64,000 nt of DNA, from NCBI GenBank assembly GCA_964016885.1, contig OZ024743.1:120590001-120654000 (forward strand), written 5' to 3'. A program made the translations under genes and the position numbers. Source of the stretch: Eledone cirrhosa. Taxonomy: Eukaryota. Each line of letters begins with the position of its first letter. Within the stretch, counting starts at the first letter, position 1. Of the stretch, positions 13,923 to 28,649 are shown in pieces. The notes under the pieces were generated by a model. The model had not been told where the DNA came from, searched no databases, and saw only the letters and a program-made list of their open reading frames with translations.

Positions 13923-14776
13923 ACATATATATATATATATAATTATATATATATATACATATATTTTTGTGTGTCTGTCTCTATGGAACGTGTGTTATTG
14001 TAGCATGACCAAATGGTTAAGAAGTTTGCTTCGCAATGTTTAGGACCCGCGCTAGATTCCAATCCATTGCATCTTAGGAAAGCGCCAGTTACCATAGCCG
14101 TGTCTCGAGCCAGCATTGACACTCTGTCACTCTGAATCTCCCTTAGTATTTTGTTAAGTGTACACTTGTCTGGGGAATGCTTAGTCAGTTACAGGTTAAT
14201 TTCATGTGCAGGATATTCCATTGACCAAACAACTGAAACACTCGTCGAAACCGATGGAGGTCCAACGAATATAATTTGTGTGTACCCGTATGTATACATG
14301 CAAATATTATACACACTGCATACAAATAACTATAGTAGGGAGCCGGTATTTTCGTGTTAGAAAACTGTAATTTCGAATATGAAGCTAGTACACGCTAAGT
14401 AACTGAACAATGATTAATATTGACCGATGATCAAACTAGTTCACTTGTATTATTTTTAGAGCCTGACTGGAACATACCTTAATTATATTAAAGACCGGAT
14501 TGTATAAACAGTTAAATGTCCGGCTATATAATAGTTGTCTTCAGGTTTATAATACAATATTGTTTAATTTAAAGCAATTCTCACTTAGAAAATAAACACT
14601 ATTAAGTTGTATTTTGCGGCTAAACTCACTAGCAGCTGTTTGTAGCGAAAGGTAAATAGAATGTTTAAATTTCGCTCCTATTAAGAAAGCATTCTAGAAT
14701 ATGTAGATTATGTTGTTTATAACTGGATTAATTAGATAATAGCATTATAAATGTTATTTATAAGTTGATATCTGAA

Positions 14777-15005
14777 GGGCGATGGACTGGCAGAATTTTA
14801 GACCGCCAGACAAATGTGCAGCAGCCTTTTTTCTGGCTCTTTATTTCCTAAGTTCAAATCCCGCCGAAGTCTTACTTTGTCTTATATACTTCAGGGCTCG
14901 ATGAAATAAACTACCAGTCAAGTACTGATTTCAATTTAATCGACTTACCCCCCCCCCCCCCCCCATAAAAAAATTACTGGCCTTGAGCTTGAAATAGAAA
15001 TCATT
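14777..15005 (+). mobile_element. Same SINE family, diverged
   Basis: TGGCAGAA...AGTTCAAATCCCGCCGAAG...TACCAG. Confidence 0.75.
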
Positions 15006-15723
15006 ATATTTTGATATCTGAAATGACGCAGATCATGAAACAACCTATGACACATAATTAATCTACTTGATGTTACTCATTTCAAACTAAGCGCATGTGT
15101 GCTTATAAATCTGTTAATCCACTTATCTCACTTAGTACATTAACCAACAATTTCTATCAAATGAAAACCTACAATTTTAAAAACAACAAAGTCTCCGATA
15201 GACACGTCAGTAAAATATTTTCTGGTATTAGCCATTAGGTAACATTAAAAGTGAAAATAGATTTCATTCATTATTCTGCTATCAGGATTTCCTTGTAGCA
15301 AAAGTGGAGTTTCATTTTGTATTACATTTACTATAAGTCAGGAATAATTAGCTGACAATAATAAAATATATTTTCTTATATTAATAAGTAAATATGTAAA
15401 TATTCCAGATATAACTCTCGTGTTCAATATAATTTCCATAAACATTTCTTACAGTTCATATGACAATTAAGTAGATATATGTGGAAAAAACTGCTAATAG
15501 AAATATATTATCAACATTTGCTTGCAGATAACATATAATACGTTCGTAAATATAGCGATGCGTGACTACATAAACTTAATGCACATGCTGATCAATAAAG
15601 GTGTACTTTGTTAATCGATCGAGAAAAAAGTAGGCTATACTGGAATAGTAATGTTTGAAGATAGAAATTAGAAATTAGCTATTGACTTGTATAGACGAAA
15701 CAGACAAAAATGAGAGCATCAAT

Positions 15724-15930
15724 GCTACCATGGCAACGCTTTCACATCAATTTGTTCGAAAGTCTTTATACTAAAAGGTTTAATCAGCATCTGACGTCAC
15801 CAATTAGGGAATGTGCCTACTTTGGTATTTACGTAATTCACATCACATTAAAGTAACGTGTGAGCCGTGAACAGGATTTAAAATAACAACTAGAATTAAT
15901 TTTCTGCATACGTAACAAGCGCACTGCGCA
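15724..15930. promoter_or_regulatory. Candidate promoter or enhancer motif cluster
   Basis: X-box-like GCTACCATGGCAAC 15724-15737, CRE TGACGTCA 15792-15799, CCAAT 15800-15804, TTACGTAA 15829-15836, GCGCACTGCGCA 15919-15930. Confidence 0.3.
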
Positions 15931-16392
15931 ACAACATGCTCAACGTCACTCTATTGTTTTATTCAGTTGTTGGGGCTTCAATACCTCGTTTCAGGAAGCC
16001 AAACATTTATTCACTGCTTTCAATAAATGCCGTTCGTAAATGTTGTTCGTAAAATACTTAACGTCACTGAAGATAACATTTATATACTCTATACTATATA
16101 TATTCTCTTATATACATTATTATTTATCCAAACAGTAATATTGTTCATATTCATAGGTTTTTATATAATTCTACGTCTACTATGTTGCTATATTCCTTTT
16201 AGTCATTATATTCATTCATAAAATTCCGATCTCTATGTTACAAAACACATACACACACCCTCTCACTCCCGTTTTCTCTCTCTCTTTATCGATCTATCTC
16301 TCCCTCTCTCTTTCTTCCTATCTCTCTCTCTGTATATATATATATATATAGATATATACATATATATACACACATACATATATATATATACA

Positions 16393-16435
<43 letters not shown>

Positions 16436-17799
16436 GTATGTGGTATGTGTGTGTGTGTGTGTGTGCTTGTGTGCGTACGTGTATGTCAATGTGTGTGTGT
16501 GTGTGTGTATAAATATTTGAGGGCGTGAGGTTTAGGGGTTTTTAGTGGTTGGCTCACGATCGGGAAGTCCTGAGTTCGATTCCTGAGAGTGTATTTAGGG
16601 GAGTGCCTGGGATAGCTCTTTTGGATGCGGGTGTAGAATGAAATAATGTAATCAGCGGCAAGGAGTATGCATATTGACCAGTATGGCATGTAGGTCAATA
16701 GGTGGACAGACGAGGCTTAAATGTGATCTTGCTGATAGTTGATGGCATTTCACACGTCGAGCTTAAAGAGAGTCTGTCGGGTGTTTGTCAGTTTCGTCTG
16801 GAGTATGAAGTCTTCAATGTATTCTGTTTTACTTCTGTTGGTTGGAATTATTTGAATGCGACTACGTAGGAGCACCGTCCCCAATGGTGATCATATCGAT
16901 CGTGTCGACACCAATATTATTTTCTCAAGTTTCATTTCATTGATCACCATTTCTCGAATAGCTAAATTACTGTAAATAAGTGTAATGTAAATACAAATTC
17001 AAGCACATACTCATACAGACAAAGTCTTCAACCTCTACTGGCAACGTATAAGACATGGTAATATCTATCAAGTTCCTACTGATAGATGCGCCTCAGCACT
17101 TGCGAGCAGATAGTGGTACCTTTCTTGATCGACCACATTATATATATATATATGATCAGGTCGCCTTTGAGCGCTACTGGTAACATAATCCAGTACAACC
17201 TGTCACATGGTCGACTAGTCGAATAATAAATCAAGCTTGCTTGTAGAAGAGGGTGATTTTTGGACATCCCAAGGGATGAAAAACAAGACCCGTCAAAGGG
17301 TGGAGGCACTCTTGAGAGTCAACCGCCATCGAATATCTGAGGTGTGTTGTTCACTGGGTTCGTGGCAAACTTCTGCACCAATCCTTTATTATCAACATTT
17401 CCAAAAGTGTGGCTGGTCCAACACAGGCCTTCACCACTACATATAATTCATTAGTGTATTAGCTCAATGGCTCTACCATTTCTGTCTATTTGATATCCCA
17501 CCATTAACAAACCCAATTGGCGAGGGAGCAGAGGCGACGGGGACAAGTAAAGGGTATCACAGGAAGTCCTTAGCTAGAGCTCTACACAGTGGCCACCAAC
17601 AGGTGATGGCTGTTAATGCACAAAATATGAGCTGATTGTGATGATCATATCCTCTGATGGTGACAAAGCAGATTTCGTTTTAGACATAACACAGATTTCC
17701 CTACATAGGGAGCCCTGAACAAATGATTTCTCAAACCTTTAACTTGACAGTCAACCGCGGCTGTCTGATTACCTAAATATGCGGTCGAAACAAAAGAAA

Positions 17800-17985
17800 G
17801 CATTTAACGTTTAGTTACTGGAAAGCAGGTTAGATCTGGAACGAAGATCAGGCCTCAGCCCTCAAAACATATAATATTGATATTTGTGCCACAAGTGAAA
17901 CCCGACCTCCTGTCACATCCCAAATGGAAGGAGAAGGGTACCCAGTATTCTGGTCCGGAAAAGACGGAGAAAACCACCATCAATC
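17800..17985 (+). pseudogene. RTE-clade LINE, APE N-terminal fragment
   Basis: YNIDICATSETR...EGYPVFWSGK. Confidence 0.7.
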
Positions 17986-19000
17986 TGATGGCGACTTGAT
18001 CTCCAAGCGAGACCAGCTAAGTTCATGGATGTTATCCAACCATCTTGCTCGGGGTCTACCCCTGGGTCTCCTGCTGGTTGGTTTTACCCGCAAAATCTGC
18101 CCTTCAATTCTTTCCTGAAACATTCTAAACAAGCCAATAGAATGGGAGCTGTGATCTCTCAATTCGGAGCTCTTGAACCGCTCTTGTGAGCTCAGCTTCT
18201 GAGAGATTAGTCACCTGTCCAAGATGCACCTCGTGTACATCAGAAGATGCTGTTGTGATCGGGTTTTGGAGATCAGAAAAGTATTTTATGCACCTCGTGA
18301 GGATGCACCTCTCTGAAGACAGGAGAACCCCATACGCGTTCTAGATAACAGGTGTGGTTGTTGGCTTCTTATTATGAAGTCGCCGAATGGTCTGCCAGAA
18401 CACTATACTTGCTGATCTGAAGTCAGATTCTAGCTTAACTGAAAGTCCTTCCATGTCTTAACTTGGGATGTCTTTACTGTCATTGCTGCGATTCTTTCTG
18501 CCCTCTTGTACCGCAAGTACATGGAGGAAGACTTATTTCCAAGCCAAGCTTTGTAAGCCCCCTTCTTTGCTCGGATAGTATCTTTGACCTCGTGATTGAA
18601 CTAAGTAGTCCTCCTGCCATCCGGCGCCATACTAAGCCTCTTTCGTCCGCAGTATTTAACAACATAAACTAGAGAGCTGAATAATCTCCACTCCGTTTCA
18701 AGGTCCTCAGTTTGCTCAGGGAGTTCTCTGAATTTGGATGCAATAGTATCTGCACACCTGGTTCTAATTTCCACCAATGCTTCTTATATCCACCAATGCT
18801 TCCTAATTTATTCTGTAGAGAGTCCATTGCTAGAACAGAAGTCTAGTAAGACCTCTCCATTCGTATTTATATCGGGATCGCCATTCCTTCCAGTCACTCC
18901 TTTCCATGTCAGGTTGTCAGTGCCAACATGCGCATTGAAGTCTATTATCAGCATATATGACTCAGTCATAACTAAATCTCAAGACTTCAGAGAAATATTT
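17985..19000 (-). pseudogene. Second RTE-clade LINE remnant (APE plus 3' end), antisense to the first
   Basis: DFNAHVGTDNLTWKGVTGRNGDPDINTNGEVLLDFCSSNGL and RRPRGRPRARWLDNI. Confidence 0.8.
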
Positions 19001-19009
19001 ATAATCCAT

Positions 19010-19790
19010 CCCTTTAATAACATAAACAATTCTATCTGTGACAACTCTCGCGGTATCTCCCGGCTCTGTGTTGCTGATAAAGTACATGCCCGTGTCATTC
19101 TGAGCAGAATTACATCCAGACTTGTTACTGATATCTATCATGAAAACCAATGTGGTTTCCTCACAGGGCGGGGTACTATTACCAGTTTGCTGAGAAGGTT
19201 CGTAAAAAGAAACAGAAGCTGTTTATGGTGTTTGTCAACTTCACCAAAACGTTGACACTGTCGACTAAAAAGCTCTCTGGGAACCTTAAAAAGGCTTGGC
19301 ATACTTGGAAATCTGGCAATGTGCTGATTGTCAGCATATGTTTATATGAGGTCATGAAAGCATCAATTATATCAAATTGTGAATGCTCTTAACCCTTTCA
19401 TGTCACAAATGGTACGAAGCATCTTTGTTCTTATCTATAATTCTCCAGTATGCATTTGGTGGCTTATATACCGGTGTCAGATTTGAATTCTATATATCAT
19501 GTGAGTTATTCAACCATCAGCACTTTAAGGCTACCATTCATACACGAACAAGTGTTATTCGTGATTTGCTGTTTCTGATGGACGAAGAGGCACAAACATT
19601 GATGAACCGCTTCTCGCTTGTCTGCAGGAGGTTTGGTTTAACAATCAGCCAAATAAACACCTCCTAGGCAAGTAGATGTTAAACAAGGACAGCCGGGGCA
19701 CAGGCAATCCCATGTTCCCATCACTGCTGATCGCAAAGATCTGACGTATGTGAACCTTCTTACATATCTAGACAGCCAGATGTGCTAGTA
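19010..19790 (+). pseudogene. RTE-clade LINE, degenerate RT fragment
   Basis: CDNSRGIS...ENQCGFLTGRGT, LFMVFVNFTK, IRDLLF...RFGLTIS. Confidence 0.8.
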
Positions 19791-20366
19791 ATTTCCTACA
19801 GTTAAATAAGGACCGCACACACAAGATACGGTGATACAGTCAACTTCATAATGGTGAACATAAAGTAGGTAGATCATTACTCAGATATAAAAACAAACTA
19901 AGTACAATCTTAAATCCATGAAGATACCTTTAACTTCTTTTGAAGCCCTACTTGCTGACCGTGGAACAAGGAGAACTGTTTGCCACGAAGGTAAAGAGAA
20001 CGTTTAAAAATCTTGTCTAGTGTGATCTAAGATCTGACACCAAGATTCAACCAAACCTTCCATCCTCCTCCGCTCAAAATCCTGCCATCTGCACTAAATG
20101 TAAATTGATGGGGAAACCAGCACTTGACTAAAGTGCCATTTAAGGCATAACCATAAAAAATGAATTGAGAAGACTGTTTATCCCCCATACGTCGGAATAC
20201 GACAGGAGAGTCCATGATAGTCGTCTGTTACAAATCGGTATAGCCACACATTCTTTTATTTCATGAAACCTTTGAAAATCACGAAACTTGTGAAACCGGT
20301 AAAGTTATAAGTTATTATAAATAAACCTTCTTAAAACTTCAATTGCAATATCAACATCTCCCCTCC

Positions 20367-20451
<85 letters not shown>

Positions 20452-20458
20452 TATATAC

Positions 20459-20537
<79 letters not shown>

Positions 20538-20539
<2 letters not shown>

Positions 20540-21120
20540 TAGGTTATTCCAGGTTGAATCGGAGGTAACCACAGTAAGTAAGGTACTCAATACATAGCAG
20601 TGTATAAACGTTTTATTATAGATGAGATTCTACAGGACTAGAACTGTTTCATTCTTTAGAAATCATCAGGAATCTGGCTTTCTAAAAATAAATGTTGTGG
20701 TATTTATATCTTTTCAGGTGGTAGGAGAGGGTGGGGAATGGGATGGGTGGAGGTCATTGGTTGAAAGAAAAGGGAATTCATTAAAAGCTAATTCTGTAAG
20801 GCTATAATTTATATTTAGAGTGACAAAGCAGAAAGAATTCTATAAACAAGTTCAGAATGGGGTGCCACTCCTTATTTTTAAGTATGTGAATGTGTCTGTT
20901 GAGACCTGGAATATAGCTTAAGAGAAATATGACAATAATGATATGATAGGCACCCAATATTTTGAACTGGTTTATAGAATTCTCTTGGCCTTTGTCACTC
21001 TAAGTAGTGCTTTAAAGAATTAGCTTTTAAAGAATTTCCCTTTTCTTGAAATCCATCAACCATGACCGACCCCCAACCATCTTATAGACACCTGAAATAT
21101 AGGCATTGTTAGCTTAAGAG
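20538..21120 (-). mobile_element. Longer family P3 copy with a diverged internal inversion
   Basis: Starts at (TA)n; hammerhead at 20625-20675; imperfect inverted arms ~20700-20860 and ~20960-21095. Confidence 0.6.
20625..20675 (-). ncRNA. Type I hammerhead ribozyme
   Basis: Minus strand reads AGATTC CTGATGA TTTC-TAAA-GAAT GAAA CAG-TTCTAGTC-CTG TA GAATCT. Confidence 0.85.
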
Positions 21121-22499
21121 AAACTTAAAAATAAGGAGTAGCACCCCATTTCAACGCTTTAAAGACAATATATCTACCCCCAGAGCGTTCAATAACTGGG
21201 TAAGTTATTGGGAAAACGGAGGAAGGAGGGAAGGAAAATAGAAGGGAAAAGGGAAGAAAAGAGAAAACACCGAAAAAAACAACTAACCAAGCAATGTGCG
21301 AGCAACTTAAGGTAAGAAAATCCAAGACCTCAGCGGTAACTGAACTTAAGTTCGAGAGCGTGTGGGCGAACGAAAAGACACGACTGACCCCAGCGAGTGT
21401 AAGTGAGAAAAGGACAGGCGAGGGAAAGAATGAGGTGGCTGGCAGAGAGAGGGTTAGTGAAAGTGAGAGGGAGAAAGGGAGAGGAAGAAAGAGGGGGGAA
21501 TAGTAGATAGTAACGAAATAACTTACCCAGTTATTGAACGCTCTGGGGGTAGATATATTGTCTTTAAAGCGTTGAAATATCCGAGACCCCAGTAGACAAA
21601 TGATGAGGAAAATTCGCCCTCCCGTTCTTACCTTCTTCTTATTCTCATTTAATTTTTATCCCTATATATATATATATATATTGAATGTTGAAAGTAGAAT
21701 CATGGTTAAAAAATTATTTTTAAAACTTAGGTGAGAAAGTTACTCTAATATTTTGATGAGAAACGGGAACTGTCAACTACAACTACACTAGGGAAGTGCA
21801 CATGACGCCAAAACCGAAATAAAATTGTATTATAAATTGAATATGTGTATATTACTCAATAAATGTGGTAGTGTTTTTAAGCTCTATTAAAAAAAAAACC
21901 CCAACATTCTTTGACTTGTTACTCTTAGTTTCACCTGCCTAATTATTCAAAAGATTATAAATGCGAAGCAGCATTGCGGGATATAAAGAATAATATTCTT
22001 AACCGCATTGAACTATGTACATATTCAGACACCACGAAACGTACCTCACCGCACACTACACAAATATATCTAGACTTCAAAGGATGATACTATTGATGAT
22101 TATAAAATCTATCCGTTTATTATAGAAAACACATTTCTCTATGATAGCTTTAGATGGTGTGAGCTTTGTCTTTCGGGGAAGTATAACATTCTATTGCAGC
22201 TTTTTGTAATCTTGAACAAAAAAGATCGGAATTGGTGAATTCATGCAGATACTTCTATCGATATTTATTGAGGAATTCCCAAATACCAACAGTTTGAAAT
22301 ATTTTCCATATAATCTACGTACCTGAAAGGTGGTCAAATATTGAAAAAATGAAAGAAAAAGAGAAAAACATCCAGATCTTCAACACTAAATCTTCATTAA
22401 CAATAGCAACTGTTCTTGCTTTAGTATGTTTTAAACATAATATTGGAGTCACAAAAATATCTCGATGTTTTGCATATGAATAGACAAATATACATACAT

Positions 22500-22554
<55 letters not shown>

Positions 22555-22699
22555 CAGACATATATATATTTGTGCGTACGTATATGTTGTGTGTGTGCGT
22601 GCTTATGTATGAGTCTTTATGTGTGTGTGTTATGAATGTGTCTATAATTAGAGAGTGTTTGTGTGCAGGTGTGTGTCCTGTAATAGAGGTGATATCCAA

Positions 22700-24000
22700 A
22701 ACTCAGTATTGTATGCAGAAGGGCAATGCTGGAAGAAAATGATGCCAGTATACCTTACGAAGAGAGATACAATTTTGATAGAAATCATTGTTAAAGTATT
22801 CGCTGTGGTTTACTAAAAGCCAGCTCGCATGTATTTGGAAAAATTGCCGGAAATCTATCCCGACATTTACTGAGTCTACGTTCGTTTCACCAAAGGGTGA
22901 TATCAGATCTTTCTCATTTATGTCAGTGTAATCTATGGTTGTCGTTTTTATATGTACTCTTCTTATGTTAAACATCTCATCGGCTTGGATTATTTGCAAG
23001 TGTTCTTTCTAGAAGGTAACAATCATTTTGAATTACCTTATCCTTTTGAGTCTACACTCAGAGAACTATTTTCTTGTAGTGTGTTGAAGCTGGTTACTTT
23101 TCCTATTTATAGAAATTATTAAGGGTTTGTTTGTATTTTTTCTATTGCACCAGTTTCTCTTGCGGCTATTTGTTTTCATGAGAGTGTTTGAGTTTATTTT
23201 CAATTTCTAGCAGTGAAGTTTTATATAAATGTTTTCTTTTTTATGTTATCATTTAGATGTTTATTTAAGCAATTTGACACCTTTATTCGTTTCTAAGAAT
23301 TTCTGTCTCTGTAATTATAGTTTTGTGAACGCTGACCTTTTCCTTTGAGACAAATCTATTGCTTATAACTTGCATTATTGGCATAAAGTGCTTTTGTTTT
23401 ATATTATTGTTTAGCATAAAGAAACTTTCGGATCAGTTATGTTTGTACATCTCATTCTGAATCAATATTCAGCCAGCTTCGTAAGATTTCATAAATCAGA
23501 AGGGCTTCTTTTTGCGATGAACTTCGTGAAGCTTCCGGGCCATATGACATAGGGGAGGTTAAAATTACTTAGGAGCAGTATATATGCTGATCCAGTTTAG
23601 GTAGTAATAATTCTTTGTTTTCGAAAGCTATATTCGAATAAACTATATCGAGTTGTTTCTTATGCACTAGTAGTGTGTCACAAATCGAGCGTGACACCTG
23701 AACCGGTTGTGTGACAGCTTCATTTATGTACATCCCAACTTTACTATGTCTTCATTCAAATCATTTTGAAATACGACCGATCTTGTTATGTATAATTTCA
23801 TATCTGATGTATTAGTTGTTAGATATTATTCTGTGGATGCTATAGAAATTGCTTTCAAGTAGGGAATGTTATTACTATTAATATGTAGTAACAGATCCCT
23901 GACATTCAGCAAAACTATGACTGTGACATTTGAGTAGGTGTCAAAGCTGACCATATCGGATTTATTATTTATGTTGGCATTCTGCGTTAATGTGCATGGT
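22700..24000 (-). pseudogene. Degenerate CR1/L2-like LINE (APE region)
   Basis: HSKVGMYINE...SICDTLLVH and ILLLSNFNLPYVIWP (GDFNLP-like); many stops. Confidence 0.5.
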
Positions 24001-24273
24001 TTGGAATTGCATCTGTTGCTGCCAGGTCATCTGCTATGCGGATTTTTGTGCCATGTTTTAAATGCTTTACTGTTCTACTGCCTCGGTTCTCAATGGATTT
24101 GCATATAACGTTTTTACGTATGTATGTATCTATATATGTATGTATCTATGTATGTATCTACATATGTATGTATCTATGTATGCAGGTATGCATGTTATTC
24201 TCTTTCTCTTAATTTCGAGTACATTTTTGACTGGCCACCTTCCTAGTGGCAAAGTTGTAAAAGAAAAAAATTC

Positions 24274-24515
24274 TTATCCCTTGAATAGCAAGATTGTTTT
24301 GCAAATTTTGAAGATGCCAGATATCGCGGCCATTTGTAGTCTATGAATTAGGGAGTTTCCCTCTTTGTCCACAAATCCAAGTTCAGTCATACTTTGGTCC
24401 AAGCGGGTTGGTATATAACCTGTAACTCCCATAATAATGGGTATGAAGCTGAAGGTGTATCTTGGATACATGATCTGCAAACTCCTCATCAATGGTCGGT
24501 AGATGTCGTCCAGCA
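24274..24515 (-). pseudogene. 3' end of a different RLE-type non-LTR element
   Basis: YRPLMRSLQIMYPRYTFSFIPIIMGVTGYIP...AAISGIFKICKT resembles RLE-element C termini. Confidence 0.6.
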
Positions 24516-24592
24516 TGTCTGTGTGTATGTATGTATGTATACATGCGCATACACACACATGAACACATACACACACATGTATATATATACAT

Positions 24593-24652
<60 letters not shown>

Positions 24653-25039
24653 ATATAAAGAATGGAAAGAGGAGAGAGATAGAGAGACCGAGATAGTTAG
24701 ATAAATAGATAGATGCTGGAATTCATTTGAAATATTTTTGAAATATTTATGAATGTGTTCCATAGATGTAAAACTTTTACAATTCCAATGGTCTATGCGC
24801 TAAAATTTAATAAATCTGTAAATATTTATTACATATCTTATCTTATTTTTATTTTTATTTTACTTGTTCCAGCAAATATATGTATTCGTGTATGTATGTA
24901 AGTATATATTCGCAGAAGACCCTTTGTTTTCCAGGTACAGAAGTGGTTATAAATGGATAAATGGATCAGAATACATATCTGTAGTAGTATTATGCGTTTA
25001 ATGTGAATAATTCACAATTTATTTCAATCATTTGAAAAT

Positions 25040-25600
25040 GAGTAAAACCTGGGGTAGAAATCGATGTGTCAAAGCAATTCACACATCCTTCAGACATCGA
25101 TACAACAAAACCTATGTGCTCGTTATGTGGAAATGATGCAATGAAGCCTTCGGAGATCAGAGACCACCTTGGGAGGCTGCATTCAGATAAGAACTTGAGC
25201 ACTGATAAACCTCCAGGTTTAACGCCTCTTTTTAAGTCACTATTTGATATCTAAATGTTAAATGATGATATCTTACAAAATACGTGCATCAAATCCAGAC
25301 ATGCACACAATAATGTCACTTAGATTTGGAGAGGATATTATTATACCAGCTGTAAAGCAATTCGTAGAAACCGGTTTCAAGTAAGACTCTGAGCCTATTA
25401 TTAAAGTTAATTATTCCTCTTGAATAATATTATAGTCAAATGCCGTATTTATGAGACATGAGAAGTTGATACGACGATAACTTTAGATCTTCAATGTTGT
25501 ACAGTTTTTATCCTGGTAGACAGGTCAATATATACTGATCTTAATATTCGTACAGCATATTTAAATTGCTAATTTCTCAGTAAAAAAAGAATACATTTTT
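25040..25600 (+). pseudogene. Degenerate hAT (Buster/Charlie-like) transposase N terminus
   Basis: PMCSLCGNDAMKPSEIRDHLGRLHSDK (BED-finger-like) followed by GEDIIIPAVKQFV. Confidence 0.7.
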
Positions 25601-26151
25601 AATGTTTTTTGTAATATACTTTCAATTTTACACGATATTCTTCTAAGACAAAATACAATTCCCCTAATTATATTATGATGGATGTTTTGATCAAAGCCAA
25701 GGGCTAGGTTCTGATGTTGAAACGGTGATCAGATTAAGTATTCCATAGAAGAAGGTCAAAACATGATTGGAATGTAGAACACATTGCGAAGAAATTCTTC
25801 AGTAACAAAAAATAAAGACGCAATTTTAAAAGAGAGTCGAAAGAGGAAGACAGGAAGTGGGGGTATGTAGATGAGTGGAAGAAAGATCTGGTAACATTAG
25901 GAAAAAGAATGAAAGAGAAAGGGAGAGAAATAGAGAAGTACTGGAGTGGCAACAGAGAACAGTTGATACGCATATAAGAAAGAAATAAAGGAACTATATA
26001 TATATATATATATATATATTTATTCAAAATATTAAATGAAAAATATTCTCATAACCAAAATATATATTTTATTATACATATTTCAAAGGAATTGAATAAT
26101 CAAAACCGTAGCGGTATGTCGCATCATATCTCATATGTCGCATCATCTCTC

Positions 26152-26220
26152 ATATATTTTATCTGATGAAAACTTACTGAAAAACCATAGTACCTTTGAA
26201 ATATGTATAATAAAATATAT
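26152..26220 (+). ncRNA. Minimal type I hammerhead ribozyme (weak stem II)
   Basis: Perfect 11-bp stem I ATATATTTTAT/ATAAAATATAT around CTGATGA...GAAA TATGTA TA. Confidence 0.65.
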
Positions 26221-26357
26221 ATTTTGGTTATGAGAATATTTTTCATTTATTAATATTTTGAATAATATTAAATACTCCAGAAAAATATCGGTCGAGTGCT
26301 TCTAATCTATTCTAAAATTGTATTCATTGAATAATCAACGAACCATATAAACTTTGG

Positions 26358-26401
<44 letters not shown>

Positions 26402-26638
26402 TTATTAAAATAACAGATTAAAATTTAAGCAAAGAATCGCTGCTTTCACCCTTAACGGGATCTTCTGAAACTAACTGGTTAGTTTCAGAAGACCCCGTTA
26501 AGGGTGAAAGCAGCGATTCTTTGCTCAAACTTTAATCTGATATTTTAATAAATATTTGCTCTACGGTTCTTATATATTTGATACATAATTATCCTTATCG
26601 AGTCCTCTTTGGATTTTAGTCTTCAAATTTATTATTAT

Positions 26639-26714
<76 letters not shown>

Positions 26715-26744
26715 TATAATATATATATATTTATATATATATAT

Positions 26745-27022
26745 GATACGTGCTAACATACATACACACTCACACACACACACCCACACATATATATGTG
26801 TGTGTGTATTTATATATCTAAATATCATTGTAATAAAACACAACTGTCCTATCTACCACTTTGTGTTAGAATTATTTGAAACATTTTTCAAATAATTCTA
26901 CCAGAAAGTGGTAGTTAGGACAGTTGTGTTTTATTACAATGATATTTAGATATATAAATACACACACACATATATATGTGTGGGTGTGTGTGTGTGAGTG
27001 TGTATGTATGTTAGCACGTATC
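26745..27022. repeat. 278-bp fold-back between (TA)n tracts (MITE-like or inversion)
   Basis: ~137-bp arms around a 4-nt spacer, with few mismatches. Confidence 0.85.
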
Positions 27023-27099
27023 ATATATATATATATATATAATTTGATTTCTCTCACGATGTTAACGAGATCGTCATTTTCCATGCAACAGTTATCTAT

Positions 27100-27750
27100 A
27101 GTTATCTGCCAATGTTTCTCTTTAATTTCGGACAATAATAACAATAAACATGTATGTGCAACGCAAATGGCCATAATAAGGGTAGTCGATCACGTATAAT
27201 GAACACTTAGAGATGACGGGAAAATGTGTACAGAGATGATTGAAATGATATGAACCAAAGTGGGGGTTTCGTCATAGTGGGAACACTAAGAAATTGCTAC
27301 ATGTCTTCCTAATCTGCAGAAATCAGGCTGTTGGATTCAAAGAAAACATTAATAATGTGTGGTGTTTTGCAGAGAACTGTTTTGAGTCCTCTGTTGTTAT
27401 TAGTGTCTCATTTAGAATTGTGATGAGTTAAACTAGTAGTCATACCTACTAACTATGCTCAAAATATGGGTGTATCACAGGAAATCAAGAATCTTGAAGA
27501 CAGTCGATAACTCCAGCGAGATTTGATTACAATTTTAAAGTGTGTCGGAGACAGCAATTTAATGCTGGAAAAATTCTCTATACACAATCATTTCAACACT
27601 GATACATTGGATTAGGAGTAACAATCAGTGCGTGGCCTGGGGATCTGTAAAGGTAATGATGCATCATTCCATGCCTACTTTACAAAGAGGGCAACAATGT
27701 ACAGCCGGCAGGTCAGTTGAACTTTGAAATCATTAGCACACGCCTTCCCA
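27100..27750 (+). pseudogene. Degenerate CR1-like RT fragment
   Basis: VDH, GVLQRTVLSPLLL (GVPQGTVLGPLLF-like), QFNAGK. Confidence 0.55.
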
Positions 27751-28237
27751 CTCAAGTACATCTGCATACATTTAAATTCTTACTTCTTATTCTTTCCAAA
27801 GATTGGTTACTAGTTATGTCAATATAGTCTCCTAATTGTTGTTCAATTCCTATTTATGATGTTTCTTTCCCTCACTCTGTACTAATTATCAATTTCTTAT
27901 TCTTATTTTCAAAAATCTGTTATTTATTACTTATGCTCATATTTCTCTCCAAACAAAGATTGTTTAAGTTTTATGTTTTACACTTCGACCCCAAATTTGA
28001 ATACTATTCAATAATTGTTTCTACGTTAGGCACAAGGCCAGCAATTACCCAGTGCATTACTGGTACTTTATTTTATCGACCCCGAAATAAATAATGTGTT
28101 TGCGTATGTATTACATAAAAATAACTATATTTCTACTCTATATCAACCTACACCCCAAATGAACAGTACCTCTGAAATATTAAGAATGGCACATATGCAC
28201 AAATATACACACGAAGAAGCACACATCCTCAGTTAAT

Positions 28238-28339
<102 letters not shown>

Positions 28340-28380
28340 ATACCTATATACTTAATATATACGTATATATATATATATAC

Positions 28381-28442
<62 letters not shown>

Positions 28443-28462
28443 ATAATATATATAAATAAGTC

Positions 28463-28519
<57 letters not shown>

Positions 28520-28592
28520 GTCATAATATATATATATATTAATAGTTTCAGAAGATCCCGTTAAGGGTGAAAGCTGCAATTCTTTATTCTTT

Positions 28593-28643
<51 letters not shown>

Positions 28644-28649
28644 ACATTA

